Source: Candidatus Eiseniibacteriota bacterium (lineage in GTDB: Bacteria > Eisenbacteria > RBG-16-71-46 > CAIMUX01 > VGJL01). Taken from it: a stretch of 64,000 nt of DNA. A program made the translations under genes and the position numbers. The stretch's first letter is position 1, and each line of letters begins with the position of its first letter. The notes below the pieces were generated by a model. The model did no database searches. It was not told the DNA's origin and saw only the letters and a program-made list of their open reading frames with translations. Below are positions 41,544 to 50,951 of this stretch, one piece after another. The stretch is taken from the NCBI GenBank assembly GCA_963792585.1, contig CAWBWI010000006.1, positions 1 to 64,000 of the forward strand. The letters run 5' to 3'.

Positions 41544-43347
41544 TTACTGCTCCTCGCCGGCCGCGAGGGTCTCGAGTTCCATCCAACGCGCGTAGGCCAT
41601 CTGGATCTCCTCTTCGATGGTCGTGAGCCGCTCTTTCGTGCGGGCGACCTCATCGCCGCGCGTCGCATAGAAAGCCGGTGATGCCATCAGGTCGAAGAGG
41701 TGCTTCCTCTGCGATTCAAGACTCTCGATCCTCGCGGGCAACGCCTCCAGCTCTCGCTTCTCATTGAAGGTGACACGCCGAGGACGCGCCTTGATGGTTC
41801 CGCCCTCTCCTTGACCGGTCGCGGCGGAGGGGGGCGCCTCGGCAGACTTCTTCCGGCGAAACCAGTCCTCGTAGCCGCCCACGTATTCGCGCCACCTGCC
41901 CGACGCCTTCGAAGACGATGGTCGAGGTCACGACGTTGTCGAGAAACGTTCGATCGTGGGAGACGACCAGCAACGTGCCCTGGTATTCGACGAGAAGATC
42001 TTCGAGCATCTCGAGGGTTTCCAGGTCGAGATCGTTGGTCGGCTCGTCGAGGACGAGGAGATTGCAGGGCTGGGCGAGGATGCGCGCGAGCTGAAGTCGC
42101 CGGCGCTCGCCGCCCGACAGCTTCGAGATCGATCCCTGGATCTGCTCCGGCGTGAAGAGAAAATCGCGCAGATAGCCGACGACGTGGCGCTCCCCGCCGC
42201 CGACCGAGATCATCTCGCTTCCATCGGTGACATTCTCGACCACGGTCTTGGTCTCGTCGAGCAGGTCGTGGAGCTGCTCGAAGTGCGCGACCTCGAGCTT
42301 CGTGCCCGCGGTCACCTCGCCCTCCTGCGGCTGCGAGGTCCCCGAGGAGCAGGTCGATCATGGTCGTCTTGCCGCACCCGTTGGGCCCGAGGATGCCGAT
42401 CCGGTCGCCGCGCAGGATCGTCCCGGTGAAGCCCTGGACGATCGGCACCTCACCGTATGCGAACCCGAGATCCCGGCAACGGATCACCACGCGCCCCGAC
42501 TTCTCCGCCTCCTGGAGTTGCGCCTTCACCCGCCCGATCTCGTCGCGACGCGCGCGGCGCTCGGAGCGCAGCGACTCGAGCGCCTTCACTCGGCCCTCGT
42601 TGCGGGTGCGACGCGCCTTGATCGCCGCGCCGGAGCCAGGCCTCCTCCTGCGCCAGCTTCTTGTCGAAGAGCGCGTCCTGCTCGGACTCGACCCGCAGTT
42701 CTTCCTCCCGCCTCTCGAGATAGGCGTCATAGCCGGACCGATAGCTTCGGAGCGCGCCGCGGTCCAGGTCGAGGATGCGGGTGGCGAGGGTGCGCAGAAA
42801 GCGTCCGGTCGTGGGTGACGAAGATCAGCGTGCCCCGGCGGCGTTGCAGCGCATCCTCGAGGTGGGAGATCGCGTCGATGTCGAGGTGGTTCGTCGGCTC
42901 GTCCAGGATCAGCAGATCCGGGTCGCGAACCAGAGCCGCCGCCAGCAGGACGCGACGCTTGGATCCGGCGGAGAGCGTCCTCGATCGCTGGCGTCCAGAT
43001 CGAGCAAGAGGTCGTGCGCCGTGGAGTCGATCCGCGTCTCGATCTCCCACGCCGTGTCGCTCCGCGTCACGCCGCAGACCTCGTGCAGGTACTCCCGAAC
43101 GGTTCCGCGAAGATCGACGGGGACGTCCTGTTGCAGACTCGCCACGCGCAGGTTCGGCTGCCGGACCACTTCCCCGGAGTCGGGCGCAATCGATGCCCTC
43201 GAGGATCTTGAGAAGACGTCGACTTGCCGGCGCCGTTGCGGCCCGAGGAGCCCGAGACGTTCGCCGTCGTCGATCTGGAGATTCACCGCGTTCAGGAGCG
43301 GTGGGCCCGGCGAAGGTGAGGCTCACGTCGTTCAGGCTGATCAGCAC
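41544..43347 (-). CDS. uup: ABC-F family ATPase Uup (multiple frameshifts)
   Basis: Two ABC cassettes ([45 protein letters not shown]), linker [13 protein letters not shown]-terminal [18 protein letters not shown]. Confidence 0.88.
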
Positions 43348-43597
43348 GAGGCGCTCACTATTCTCATGGCAAGGGCGGGACGGCCGGACGCATCCGCAGT
43401 CCTTCGCGAAACGGCCCGCCCCCCACTAGCCCGAAGCGGGGCGCCTGTCGTGTGCCTCGTGTATTGCGCATGACGGTTGAGTGTAGCATTTCGGGCTCCG
43501 GACTCGGCGGATCGCTTCGCCCGAAAGGTCCGACGTCGCGGGGCACACACTCGCCATAGCCGCACCTGGATTCAACGAGCCGACAGGACCCGCCCGA

Positions 43598-45553
43598 TCA
43601 CTCGAGTTTCAGGATCCAGATGTCGGAGCGCGCGAACTGCCCCGACAGCACCCAGATATCAAAGGCGATCTCGCTGCCGTCTGGGGAGAACTCCGGATGC
43701 GCGGTATAGAAACCGTGGGTCAACTGCACCGGGGTGTCACCGTTCGCCGACATGATCCAGAGATTCTGATCCATGCCCTGGCCGGATACGAAGACGATCC
43801 GGGTCCCATCAGGAGACCACGAGGAGTTGCTGTCGTATGCGTCGTCATCCGTCAACTGGACAGCGTCGCCTCCATCCGCCGGAATGACCCAGATGTCCGA
43901 TCCACCGCCCTCTCTCGAGCGGCTGTACGCTATCTTAGCCCCGTCCGGAGACCAACTTGGTGAGTCACAGAGTGCCGTTCCATCCGTCAACGCTCGGGGC
44001 GCGCCGCCGGCTGCCGGGATTACGTAGACGTTCATTTGCCACGGGTCGGTCGAGTACTTGCAGTAGGCGATGCGTGACCCATCGGGAGACCACTTGCATC
44101 CGTTCAGATTCATGGTCTCTTGAATCAGGAGTGTGGCCGTCACGCCCGGTGTCACGGCCATGATCCACAATTCCCGAGGGTCGCGCCCGTTTCGCCCCGA
44201 GATGAAGACGAATCGGTTTCCATCCGGCGACCACGAGGGGTTCATATTGTCACCCGGGTAGTTCGTAATCTGTACCGGTGTCCCGCCGGAAGTGGGGATC
44301 CGACAGATCTGCGTGTAGTACTGCTCCGTCCAGTGCGTCTGGAACAGGATGCTCTGTCCGTCCGGGGACCACGAAGGGTTGTTCGCTCCCGACCCCAGAG
44401 CCGGACTTCTCGTCAGGCGCCGAATCGTCACGGTCGACACGGACCCGCTGGCGGCATTGGACGCCGTCGACCAGTTGGGCGCTTCGTCGGCGGTCTTCAG
44501 CGCGAAGAAATACGTTTGTCCCGCCTCCAAGCCGGTGACCGTGAATCGTTCCGCCGCCCCGGCGGTATCCGGCGCGGGCACTCCGGCGACCCGCGTCGCG
44601 GCCCCCCAGTTATGGTCGCGGACCTCCTCCAGCGAGTAGCGCAGATCGTACTCGACCGCGCGGCCGACCGTGCCGTTGTTCCCGGGCGCCGTCCAGCCCA
44701 GCGTCACACCCTGCGGGGCCGTCGACCAAACGGTCAGATCCGTCACCTGGCTTGGAGCCATGTAGTCCACGACAAGGGCGCTCGGCACGTTCGATATCGC
44801 CGACCAGTTGTGCACGTCGTCGGCGGTCTTGAGCGCGAAGAAGTATGTCTGCCCATTCTCCAAGTCCGTCACCGTGAACGATTCCGACGCGCCGGCGTCC
44901 TTGGGCGCGGGAACACCCGCCACGCGCGTCGCCGCCTCCCAGGTCTCGGAGGTGATCATGGCCAGTGCGTATCGAAGGTCGTATTCCGCCGCCCTTCCCG
45001 AGGCGCCGTCATTCCCCGGAGCGATCCAGGAAAGCGTCGCTGCCCGCGCGGTCGTGAAGGAGACGAGCAAGCTCACCACCCGATCCGGCGGTTCGAAGTC
45101 TCCGACGGTGGAGCTCACGACATTCGACAGCGGCGACCAGTTTGGGACCTCGTCGGCCGTCTTGATGGCGAAGTGCCACACGCCATAGGGCAACCCCGTG
45201 ATGTTGAGGCTCTGTCCATCTCCCGCGGGTCTCGGCAGTGGGATCGCGGTCAACAGCGTTGCCGAAGTCCAGGAACCCTCGGTGATCGGACTTGCCGCGT
45301 AGCGGATGTCATAGGCGGCCGCCTGCCCCGTCGATCCGTCGTCTCCGGGCGCATTCCATGTCAGGGTCACCTGTCGACCTGCCGGGCCGGTGACGTTCAG
45401 GTTCTGGATGGCCCCGGGAGGCGTCGTGTCCCCGGGATCCGGCTTGGTTGGTTTGTCGTCGCCGCAACCGGATCCGAGGAGGAAGAGGGAAAGGTAGAGG
45501 CAGGAAACGAAGACACGCGACCTGCGTGACCGGGATGTCGGCCGAGTTCCCAT
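43598..45553 (-). CDS. Lipoprotein with three FN3-like modules and a TolB/PD40 beta-propeller
   Basis: Lipobox LLGSG-C; three WxAPG[DN][DN]G..YD[IL]RY..KTAD..NWS repeats; six PD40-like repeats (mostly WSPDG). Confidence 0.88.
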   Translation of the reverse strand: MGTRPTSRSRRSRVFVSCLYLSLFLLGSGCGDDKPTKPDPGDTTPPGAIQNLNVTGPAGRQVTLTWNAPGDDGSTGQAAAYDIRYAASPITEGSWTSATLLTAIPLPRPAGDGQSLNITGLPYGVWHFAIKTADEVPNWSPLSNVVSSTVGDFEPPDRVVSLLVSFTTARAATLSWIAPGNDGASGRAAEYDLRYALAMITSETWEAATRVAGVPAPKDAGASESFTVTDLENGQTYFFALKTADDVHNWSAISNVPSALVVDYMAPSQVTDLTVWSTAPQGVTLGWTAPGNNGTVGRAVEYDLRYSLEEVRDHNWGAATRVAGVPAPDTAGAAERFTVTGLEAGQTYFFALKTADEAPNWSTASNAASGSVSTVTIRRLTRSPALGSGANNPSWSPDGQSILFQTHWTEQYYTQICRIPTSGGTPVQITNYPGDNMNPSWSPDGNRFVFISGRNGRDPRELWIMAVTPGVTATLLIQETMNLNGCKWSPDGSRIAYCKYSTDPWQMNVYVIPAAGGAPRALTDGTALCDSPSWSPDGAKIAYSRSREGGGSDIWVIPADGGDAVQLTDDDAYDSNSSWSPDGTRIVFVSGQGMDQNLWIMSANGDTPVQLTHGFYTAHPEFSPDGSEIAFDIWVLSGQFARSDIWILKLE

Positions 45554-45727
45554 GGAGGTCACCTCCGCGGCGGCAAGCGATCCCCCAGATAACCCCGCGA
45601 CCGCGATTCGATGCCGCCGCAACGATTCTAAGGCAGGACGGGGAAAACGCAACCGCCAAACAGGCCACGGGCCGCTGACATAGCCACCGGCCGCAGCGAC
45701 GGTCCATCACAACAATCGTGGTTACCA

Positions 45728-45771
45728 TTTACTCAGGACATTGAGTAATTTTACTCAACGTCCTGAGTAAA
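45728..45771. promoter_or_regulatory. Nested palindrome: two TTACTCA-N6-TGAGTAA boxes that together form a 21-bp inverted repeat
   Basis: tttactcaggacattgagtaa-tt-ttactcaacgtcctgagtaaa; one mismatch between the arms. Confidence 0.7.
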
Positions 45772-45828
45772 CGGGAGAGGTCGCCATGGTCATTGCCCGT
45801 GGCGCATTGGGTAGCCTGACGAGCCCGC

Positions 45829-47087
45829 TCATTTCCCCAGCAACACCACCACCGCGGATGTGATCGCCAGCCCGGCCAGCGCCACGCTGAGCGCGATCGT
45901 GACCACGTTCCCGAAGAGCGAGTTCGTGTGGTCCCCCATGATGCTCTTGTCGTTGACCAGAACGAGCATGAAGATGAGCACGATCGGCAGGAGAAGCCCG
46001 TTGACGACCTGGCTCACGTACATGATCCCGAGCAGCGAGATCCCGGGAAGAGCATCAACCCCGGCGCCGATCACGATCAGCGCGGTGTACAGAACGTAGA
46101 ACTGCCGCGCCTCGTCGAAATTCTTGTCGACGCCCGACTCCCAGCCGAGCCCCTCGCAGATCGTATAGGAGGTCGAGAGCGGCAGGATGCTGGCCGCGAA
46201 GACCGATGCGTTCAGCAGCCCGAAGGCGAAGAGGCAGCGCGCGTACGCCCCGCCATCGGGGCGAGGGCTCGGGCGGCGTCTGCCGCGGAGTCGATCCGCA
46301 CCCCGTGCGCGTGCAGGTTCGTCGAGCAGACGACGACGATGAAGGCCGCGACGATCGTCACCGCGATGCAGCCGACGATCGTATCGAGCCTGCGAAAGGT
46401 AGTAGTCCTCCACGCGGACGTTCTTCTCGACGACCGAGGCCTGCTGATAGAACTGCATCCACGGGGCGATCGTCGTTCCGACCAGGCGCGATCAGCATCA
46501 CGACGTATCCGGAGTCGGGCGAATCGCGGGACGGCGATCAGCGCGCGAGACATCTCGCGTCCGGAAGGATGGCTCACGAACCCGGCCGACGATGTAGCTC
46601 ACATAGAAGAGGCAGGCCACGAGGAAGACCTTCTCCACCGTGCGGTAGCTCGCGCGCAGGACGATCGCCCAGACGAAGAAGGCCGCGAGCGGCACGCGTC
46701 ACGAGCGCGGGATCCCGAAGATCTCCCCCGCCGCCGCGACGCCGGCGAACTCGGCCAGGATGTTGCCGAAGTTGGTCACGAGCAGGCCGACCATCAGGTA
46801 GAAGGTCAGCCTGACGCCGAAGCGCTCGCGGATCAGGTCGGAGAGCCCCTTGCCGGAGACCACTCCCATCCGGTTGGACATCTCCTGGACGACGATGAGC
46901 GCGAGGCAGAGCGGAATGAAGATCCAGAGGGTGGCGAGCCCGTAGCGCGCGCCGGCCTGCGAGTAGGTCGTGATCCCGCCCGCGTCGTTGTCGACGTTCG
47001 CGGTGATGATCCCGGGACCGAGGATTGCGAGGAATAGGCGGCTGCGCAGCCGAAACGGCGGAGCTTTCCGCGCAGCCGGCCGGGCAT
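45829..47087 (-). CDS. NRAMP-family divalent cation transporter of the Mg2+-type (NrmT-like) clade (frameshifted)
   Basis: GPGIITANVDNDAGGITTY, QEMSNRMG..GKGLSDLIRERFG, GTTIAPWMQFYQQ, SQVVNGLLLP. The ATG at 47087 overlaps the upstream TGA. Confidence 0.85.
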
Positions 47088-48366
47088 CAGGCTCGGGCCT
47101 CCCGCCGGAACTCAGGCAGCAGCTCGTCGAAAGCGTGCTTGATCAGGATCACACCGAGCATCCGTCCGTCCGCGTCGACGACCGGGCAGCCCAGGAACGA
47201 GTACTTCTGGAACACCTCGGCGACCTCTCGAGGCTCTTCTTCCGGCATGGACGGTGACCAGGCGCGTTCTCCATGATGTCGCCGATTCGCTCATCCGGCG
47301 TCGCCGGAAGAGGCTGCGCAGGGTCGTCACCCCGAGGAGCTTCTTCTCGCGGATCGAGCACGTAGACGTAGTAGATCCCCTCGATCTCGGGGGCCTGCCG
47401 GCGGACCTCGTCGATCGTCTCGGCGACGGTCGCGTTGGGGCCGATCGAGACGAACTCGGGGGTCATGAGGGCGGCCGCCGTCTTCTCCTCGTACTCGATC
47501 AACTGCTCGAGCTGGGCGCGCTCGGGCGCCTCGACCTCGTCGATGATCTCTTCGCTCTGCTCGTCGGGCAGGCTCGTGAGGATGTCGGCCGCCTCGCCCG
47601 GATCCATCTCCTCGAGGATGTCGGCCGCAACGGAGGGCTCGAGCTGCGAGATGACGGCCGCCTGGACATCCTCCTCCGCCTCCTCGAGGACGTCGGCCGC
47701 GGCTTCGGTGCCGACCGCCTGCAGGATCATCGTCCGCTCGTCCTTGCCCAGGTCCTCCAGGATGTCGGCCAGCTCGCCGGGGTGCAGGTCGCGGATCTTC
47801 GCGTGCTCCACCTGAAGCCGGATCGGACGGCCGGGATCCTCGGACTCGCCGAGGGGCTGGACGAACTTCCACGAGATCAGCTCATCGGGAAGCGGCCGGC
47901 GGGTCACGCCCCAGAGGGCCCGGGCCGCCTTTTCGACGCCGAGTCGGCGGAGCAGCCCCGTGAATCCGACATCGACATGGACGATCCGCGCCCGGTCGGT
48001 CACGAGCAGGTGGACGTCGTTCACCCGCTCGACCTTCGCCCCCTGGACGTCGACGATCTGCTTGTCGAGGAGCAGATCGCGAATCAGGAAGTCGTGTGTT
48101 CCGAGCTTGAGATCATGCATGCCCGCAGCCTCGATCCGTAACGGCCTGCGGCGCGGGAGTTCGTGGAGTTCCGCCGTCGGCATCGAGACGACCTTCCGGC
48201 CGCCTGAGAGCAGGTCGACCACGAGCCCCCAGACGAGCGGGTACATCTCGCCGGCGCTGGCGACGAGGTCGACGGCCTTGCCGATCGCGCGGCCGTCGGC
48301 CCCCGCGACCTTGCGCCCCAGGATCTCAGAGACGAACAGAAAGGAAATGGCGCTGTCTCTCTGCAT
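47087..48366 (-). CDS. Soluble PRC-barrel / MgtE N-domain / CBS-pair protein (C-terminus frameshifted)
   Basis: LLDKQIVDVQGAKVERVND, LHPGELADILEDL, MDPGEAADIL, TAAALMTPEF, YYVYVLD. The shifted frame ends GVILIKHAFDELLPEFRREARA-stop. No MgtE TM domain. Confidence 0.85.
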
Positions 48367-48473
48367 CGCGGTCCTCCGGGCGGATGGGCAACGGCTCCGA
48401 TTGGAGGGTGGACGCCCCGGCCGGGAAGATCAAGGCCTGAGTCGCGGGGTCGCGAAGCTCTCGTAGAACCGGG

Positions 48474-48563
48474 GTGATCCGCATGCACGGGACCTGCGGA
48501 ACACAGCCGTCGAGGACCGTGATCCGCATGCACGGGACCTGCGGAACACAGCCGACGGGGGCC
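48474..48563. repeat. Two tandem 45-bp units containing an identical 36-bp hairpin-forming core (REP-like)
   Basis: gtgatccgcatgcacgggacctgcggaacacagccg at 48474-48509 and 48519-48554; internal dyad GTG-A-TCCGCA..TGCGGA-A-CAC. Confidence 0.85.
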
Positions 48564-48643
48564 GCGAACCGCAGGACCGCGAACCCCCTTGCCCGCCGAG
48601 GCGGCCCGGATATCATGGACCCGTCTGCAGGAAGGAGGATTCG

Positions 48644-49228
48644 ATGCCGACCCGCTCTCCCTACGTCTTCCACCCGCTCACGGCCGACCGATGGAACGAC
48701 CTCGAGGCGCTCTTCGGTCCGCGGGGCGCCTGCGGCGGCTGCTGGTGCATGTACTGGCGGCTCCCCCGATCCAAGTACGACGCGGGCAAGGGGGCGTCCA
48801 ATCGACGCGCGTTCCACAAGCTCGTCGCCGGGGGCGCGGTCCCCGGGATTCTCGCCTATGCGGGTGACGAGCCGGTCGGCTGGTGCGCGGTCGCGCCGCG
48901 GGAGGAGTATCCCGGCCTCGGCCGCTCGCGGATCCTGAAGCCGATCGACGAGAAGCCGGTCTGGTCGGTGACCTGCTTCTTCGTCCGCCGGGACCATCGC
49001 TTCAAGGGTGTCACGACCCAACTTCTGAGGGCCGCCGCCCGCTTCGCCGCGGGGAACGGGGCTCAGATCCTGGAGGGCTACCCGACCGCCCCTTCGTCGG
49101 AGGGCGCGATGCCGGGAGCGTTCGCATGGACCGGGCTCGCCTCCGCGTTCCTGAAGGCCGGATTCAAAGAGGTCGCGCGTCGTTCCCCGACGCGGCCGAT
49201 CATGCGCCGCGCCCTGCGAAGCCGGTAG
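48644..49228 (+). CDS. GNAT family N-acetyltransferase
   Basis: GGAGG RBS; GCWCMYWR, PVGWCAVAPR, WSVTCFFVRRDHRFKG, EGYP, FLKAGF. Confidence 0.9.
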   Translation: MPTRSPYVFHPLTADRWNDLEALFGPRGACGGCWCMYWRLPRSKYDAGKGASNRRAFHKLVAGGAVPGILAYAGDEPVGWCAVAPREEYPGLGRSRILKPIDEKPVWSVTCFFVRRDHRFKGVTTQLLRAAARFAAGNGAQILEGYPTAPSSEGAMPGAFAWTGLASAFLKAGFKEVARRSPTRPIMRRALRSR

Positions 49229-49285
49229 TCGGGGGCTGGGGAGGTCACGAGCTCCAGCCGGGGTTCGCCGCACGGACAAGCAGGC

Positions 49286-49309
49286 CCCCCGGCGCTGTCC
49301 CGCCGGGGG
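49286..49309. terminator. GC-rich hairpin between convergent genes
   Basis: cccccggcg-ctgtcc-cgccggggg; no clear U-tract. Confidence 0.5.
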
Positions 49310-49336
49310 TCCGTCTGTGATCGGTCGAGCGGCGGA

Positions 49337-50380
49337 CTAGTCCGGGTAGTTGGGATCCCCCACCGTCCCCGGCACGTAGTCGCCGTGGGCGAGGTGCGCG
49401 GGCAGCGCATCCATGGCGACATTGATCATCTTGTAGTTCCCGTTACCCATGAGGTGCGCGACCCGCACCTTCGTGGGCATGATGTCACCACCGTGGTTGT
49501 AGTACTCGTGGGTGTATCCGAGCAACGTCGCACTCCCAGTCGTCGTGTTGATCTTCAGGACCGGCGAACCGTTGGGATCGTCCCAGAAGGTAGTCATCGC
49601 CGTGGCGTAGAGGTTGTCGTTCTTGTCGAAGGCGATCGACATGACCTCCATGAAGTGGGGTGGATCGGCGTCCGGCACGCCGTAGATGTGCGTGACGAAG
49701 GTCCCGACACCGGTCTGCGTGTCGATGGTCCAGAGTTGGTTCTGGGTCGTCGCCCACAACCTGCCGCGAGAATCGAATGCCAGATCCATCCAGTCGGTCA
49801 TGCCGGAGTACATCGGCGCCCGCGTCGCAACGCCGGTCGCCTTGTTGAACGAGTAGAGGTAGCCGTCTCCGTGGATGTAGCCGAGGTGGGGAACGTCCAT
49901 CCCGAAGGTATAGAAGTTACCCTGGGCGTCGATGTCCGGGCCGCAGGTGTTCATTCCCAGATGCGGTCCGATGGGCGTCACCGCGCCGGTCAATGGGTCG
50001 ACGCGCGCGAACTGCGAGTAGCACTCCGCTTCGTTGAACGACATGAAGTTCAAGGTTGTATACATCGATCCGTCGAGATCGAAGGCGAGACCGAGCGGCG
50101 TCTCGCCGAGAGCGGGGTCCTGACCGAGGATCCAGATGACATCCCCGTGTCCGTCGTGCGTGTCGATCTTCTCGAATCCGCAGTACATGAAGTAGGGCTC
50201 GTTGTACCAGCGGAAGGAGTAGTACCCGGCCGGGAGCACATCGCTCTGGGGCAATGCGCCGGGTGCGGAAGGGGCACCGATTCCATATTGGGCCGGATCG
50301 GGACGGGTCGCGGGATCATCCGCGCACGAGAGGGCGAACAAGCCGACCGTGAGCAAGCTCAGAAGCAGGAAGCGTCTCAT
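49337..50380 (-). CDS. Lipoprotein with beta-propeller repeats and a C-terminal AHLAHGD motif
   Basis: GGAGG RBS, lipobox LFALS-C, repeats LAFDxxGxLY..[IV]DxxTGxxT. Confidence 0.8.
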   Translation of the reverse strand: MRRFLLLSLLTVGLFALSCADDPATRPDPAQYGIGAPSAPGALPQSDVLPAGYYSFRWYNEPYFMYCGFEKIDTHDGHGDVIWILGQDPALGETPLGLAFDLDGSMYTTLNFMSFNEAECYSQFARVDPLTGAVTPIGPHLGMNTCGPDIDAQGNFYTFGMDVPHLGYIHGDGYLYSFNKATGVATRAPMYSGMTDWMDLAFDSRGRLWATTQNQLWTIDTQTGVGTFVTHIYGVPDADPPHFMEVMSIAFDKNDNLYATAMTTFWDDPNGSPVLKINTTTGSATLLGYTHEYYNHGGDIMPTKVRVAHLMGNGNYKMINVAMDALPAHLAHGDYVPGTVGDPNYPD

Positions 50381-50951
50381 CGCACAGCCCTCCTCAAGTT
50401 AGCCGTTAATACGGCGGCTGGGACCTCCGGCAGGCGCTGCGCGGGATGCTGTGACGGAACGGACAGATTCTCCCGAGATCCCGGGCCTGCCACGTTTGGG
50501 AAGCGTCCGGCCACTTGGGACGGCCATCCGGACAGAAGGCGCATACGCGCGCACGCAATCACCGTCACGAAGTCACCTTCCGCTCAAGGAAGCTACGCAT
50601 GCACGTCGGCGACGTCAAGCCACCCGGCTCGGGACCATCCAGTGAGGACATTCGGGAGCCGGGAGCAATCCCAAAACCAAGAGCATCAGGGGCCATCTCG
50701 TCGGGTTTGGCGATATGGGGGACTGCGCCGCGAAGATCTGATTCCAAAACATCGTCAGAGTGCCGCGTATCAGTTGATTTCGCATAGGATACCGGCGCAC
50801 AATATGACGGTCGTCTAAACGGATTGCCACCAACGCACGGAGTGTATTGTTTCGTACCGCGCTGTGAATACCTGCCTTCGATCCCTAGTTCGACGTCCCC
50901 GCGGAGACTGCATGCCGCGGGCAAGAGCGCTTCCATCAAGAGGGACCCGCC

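Noticed and set aside
48474..48563. Possible mini CRISPR array (36-bp repeats)
   Set aside because: Only two copies, a 9-nt spacer, and no cas genes or leader.
50381..50951. Long intergenic region as a possible ncRNA or small ORF
   Set aside because: No recognisable RNA family motif or convincing ORF; consistent with two divergent promoters.
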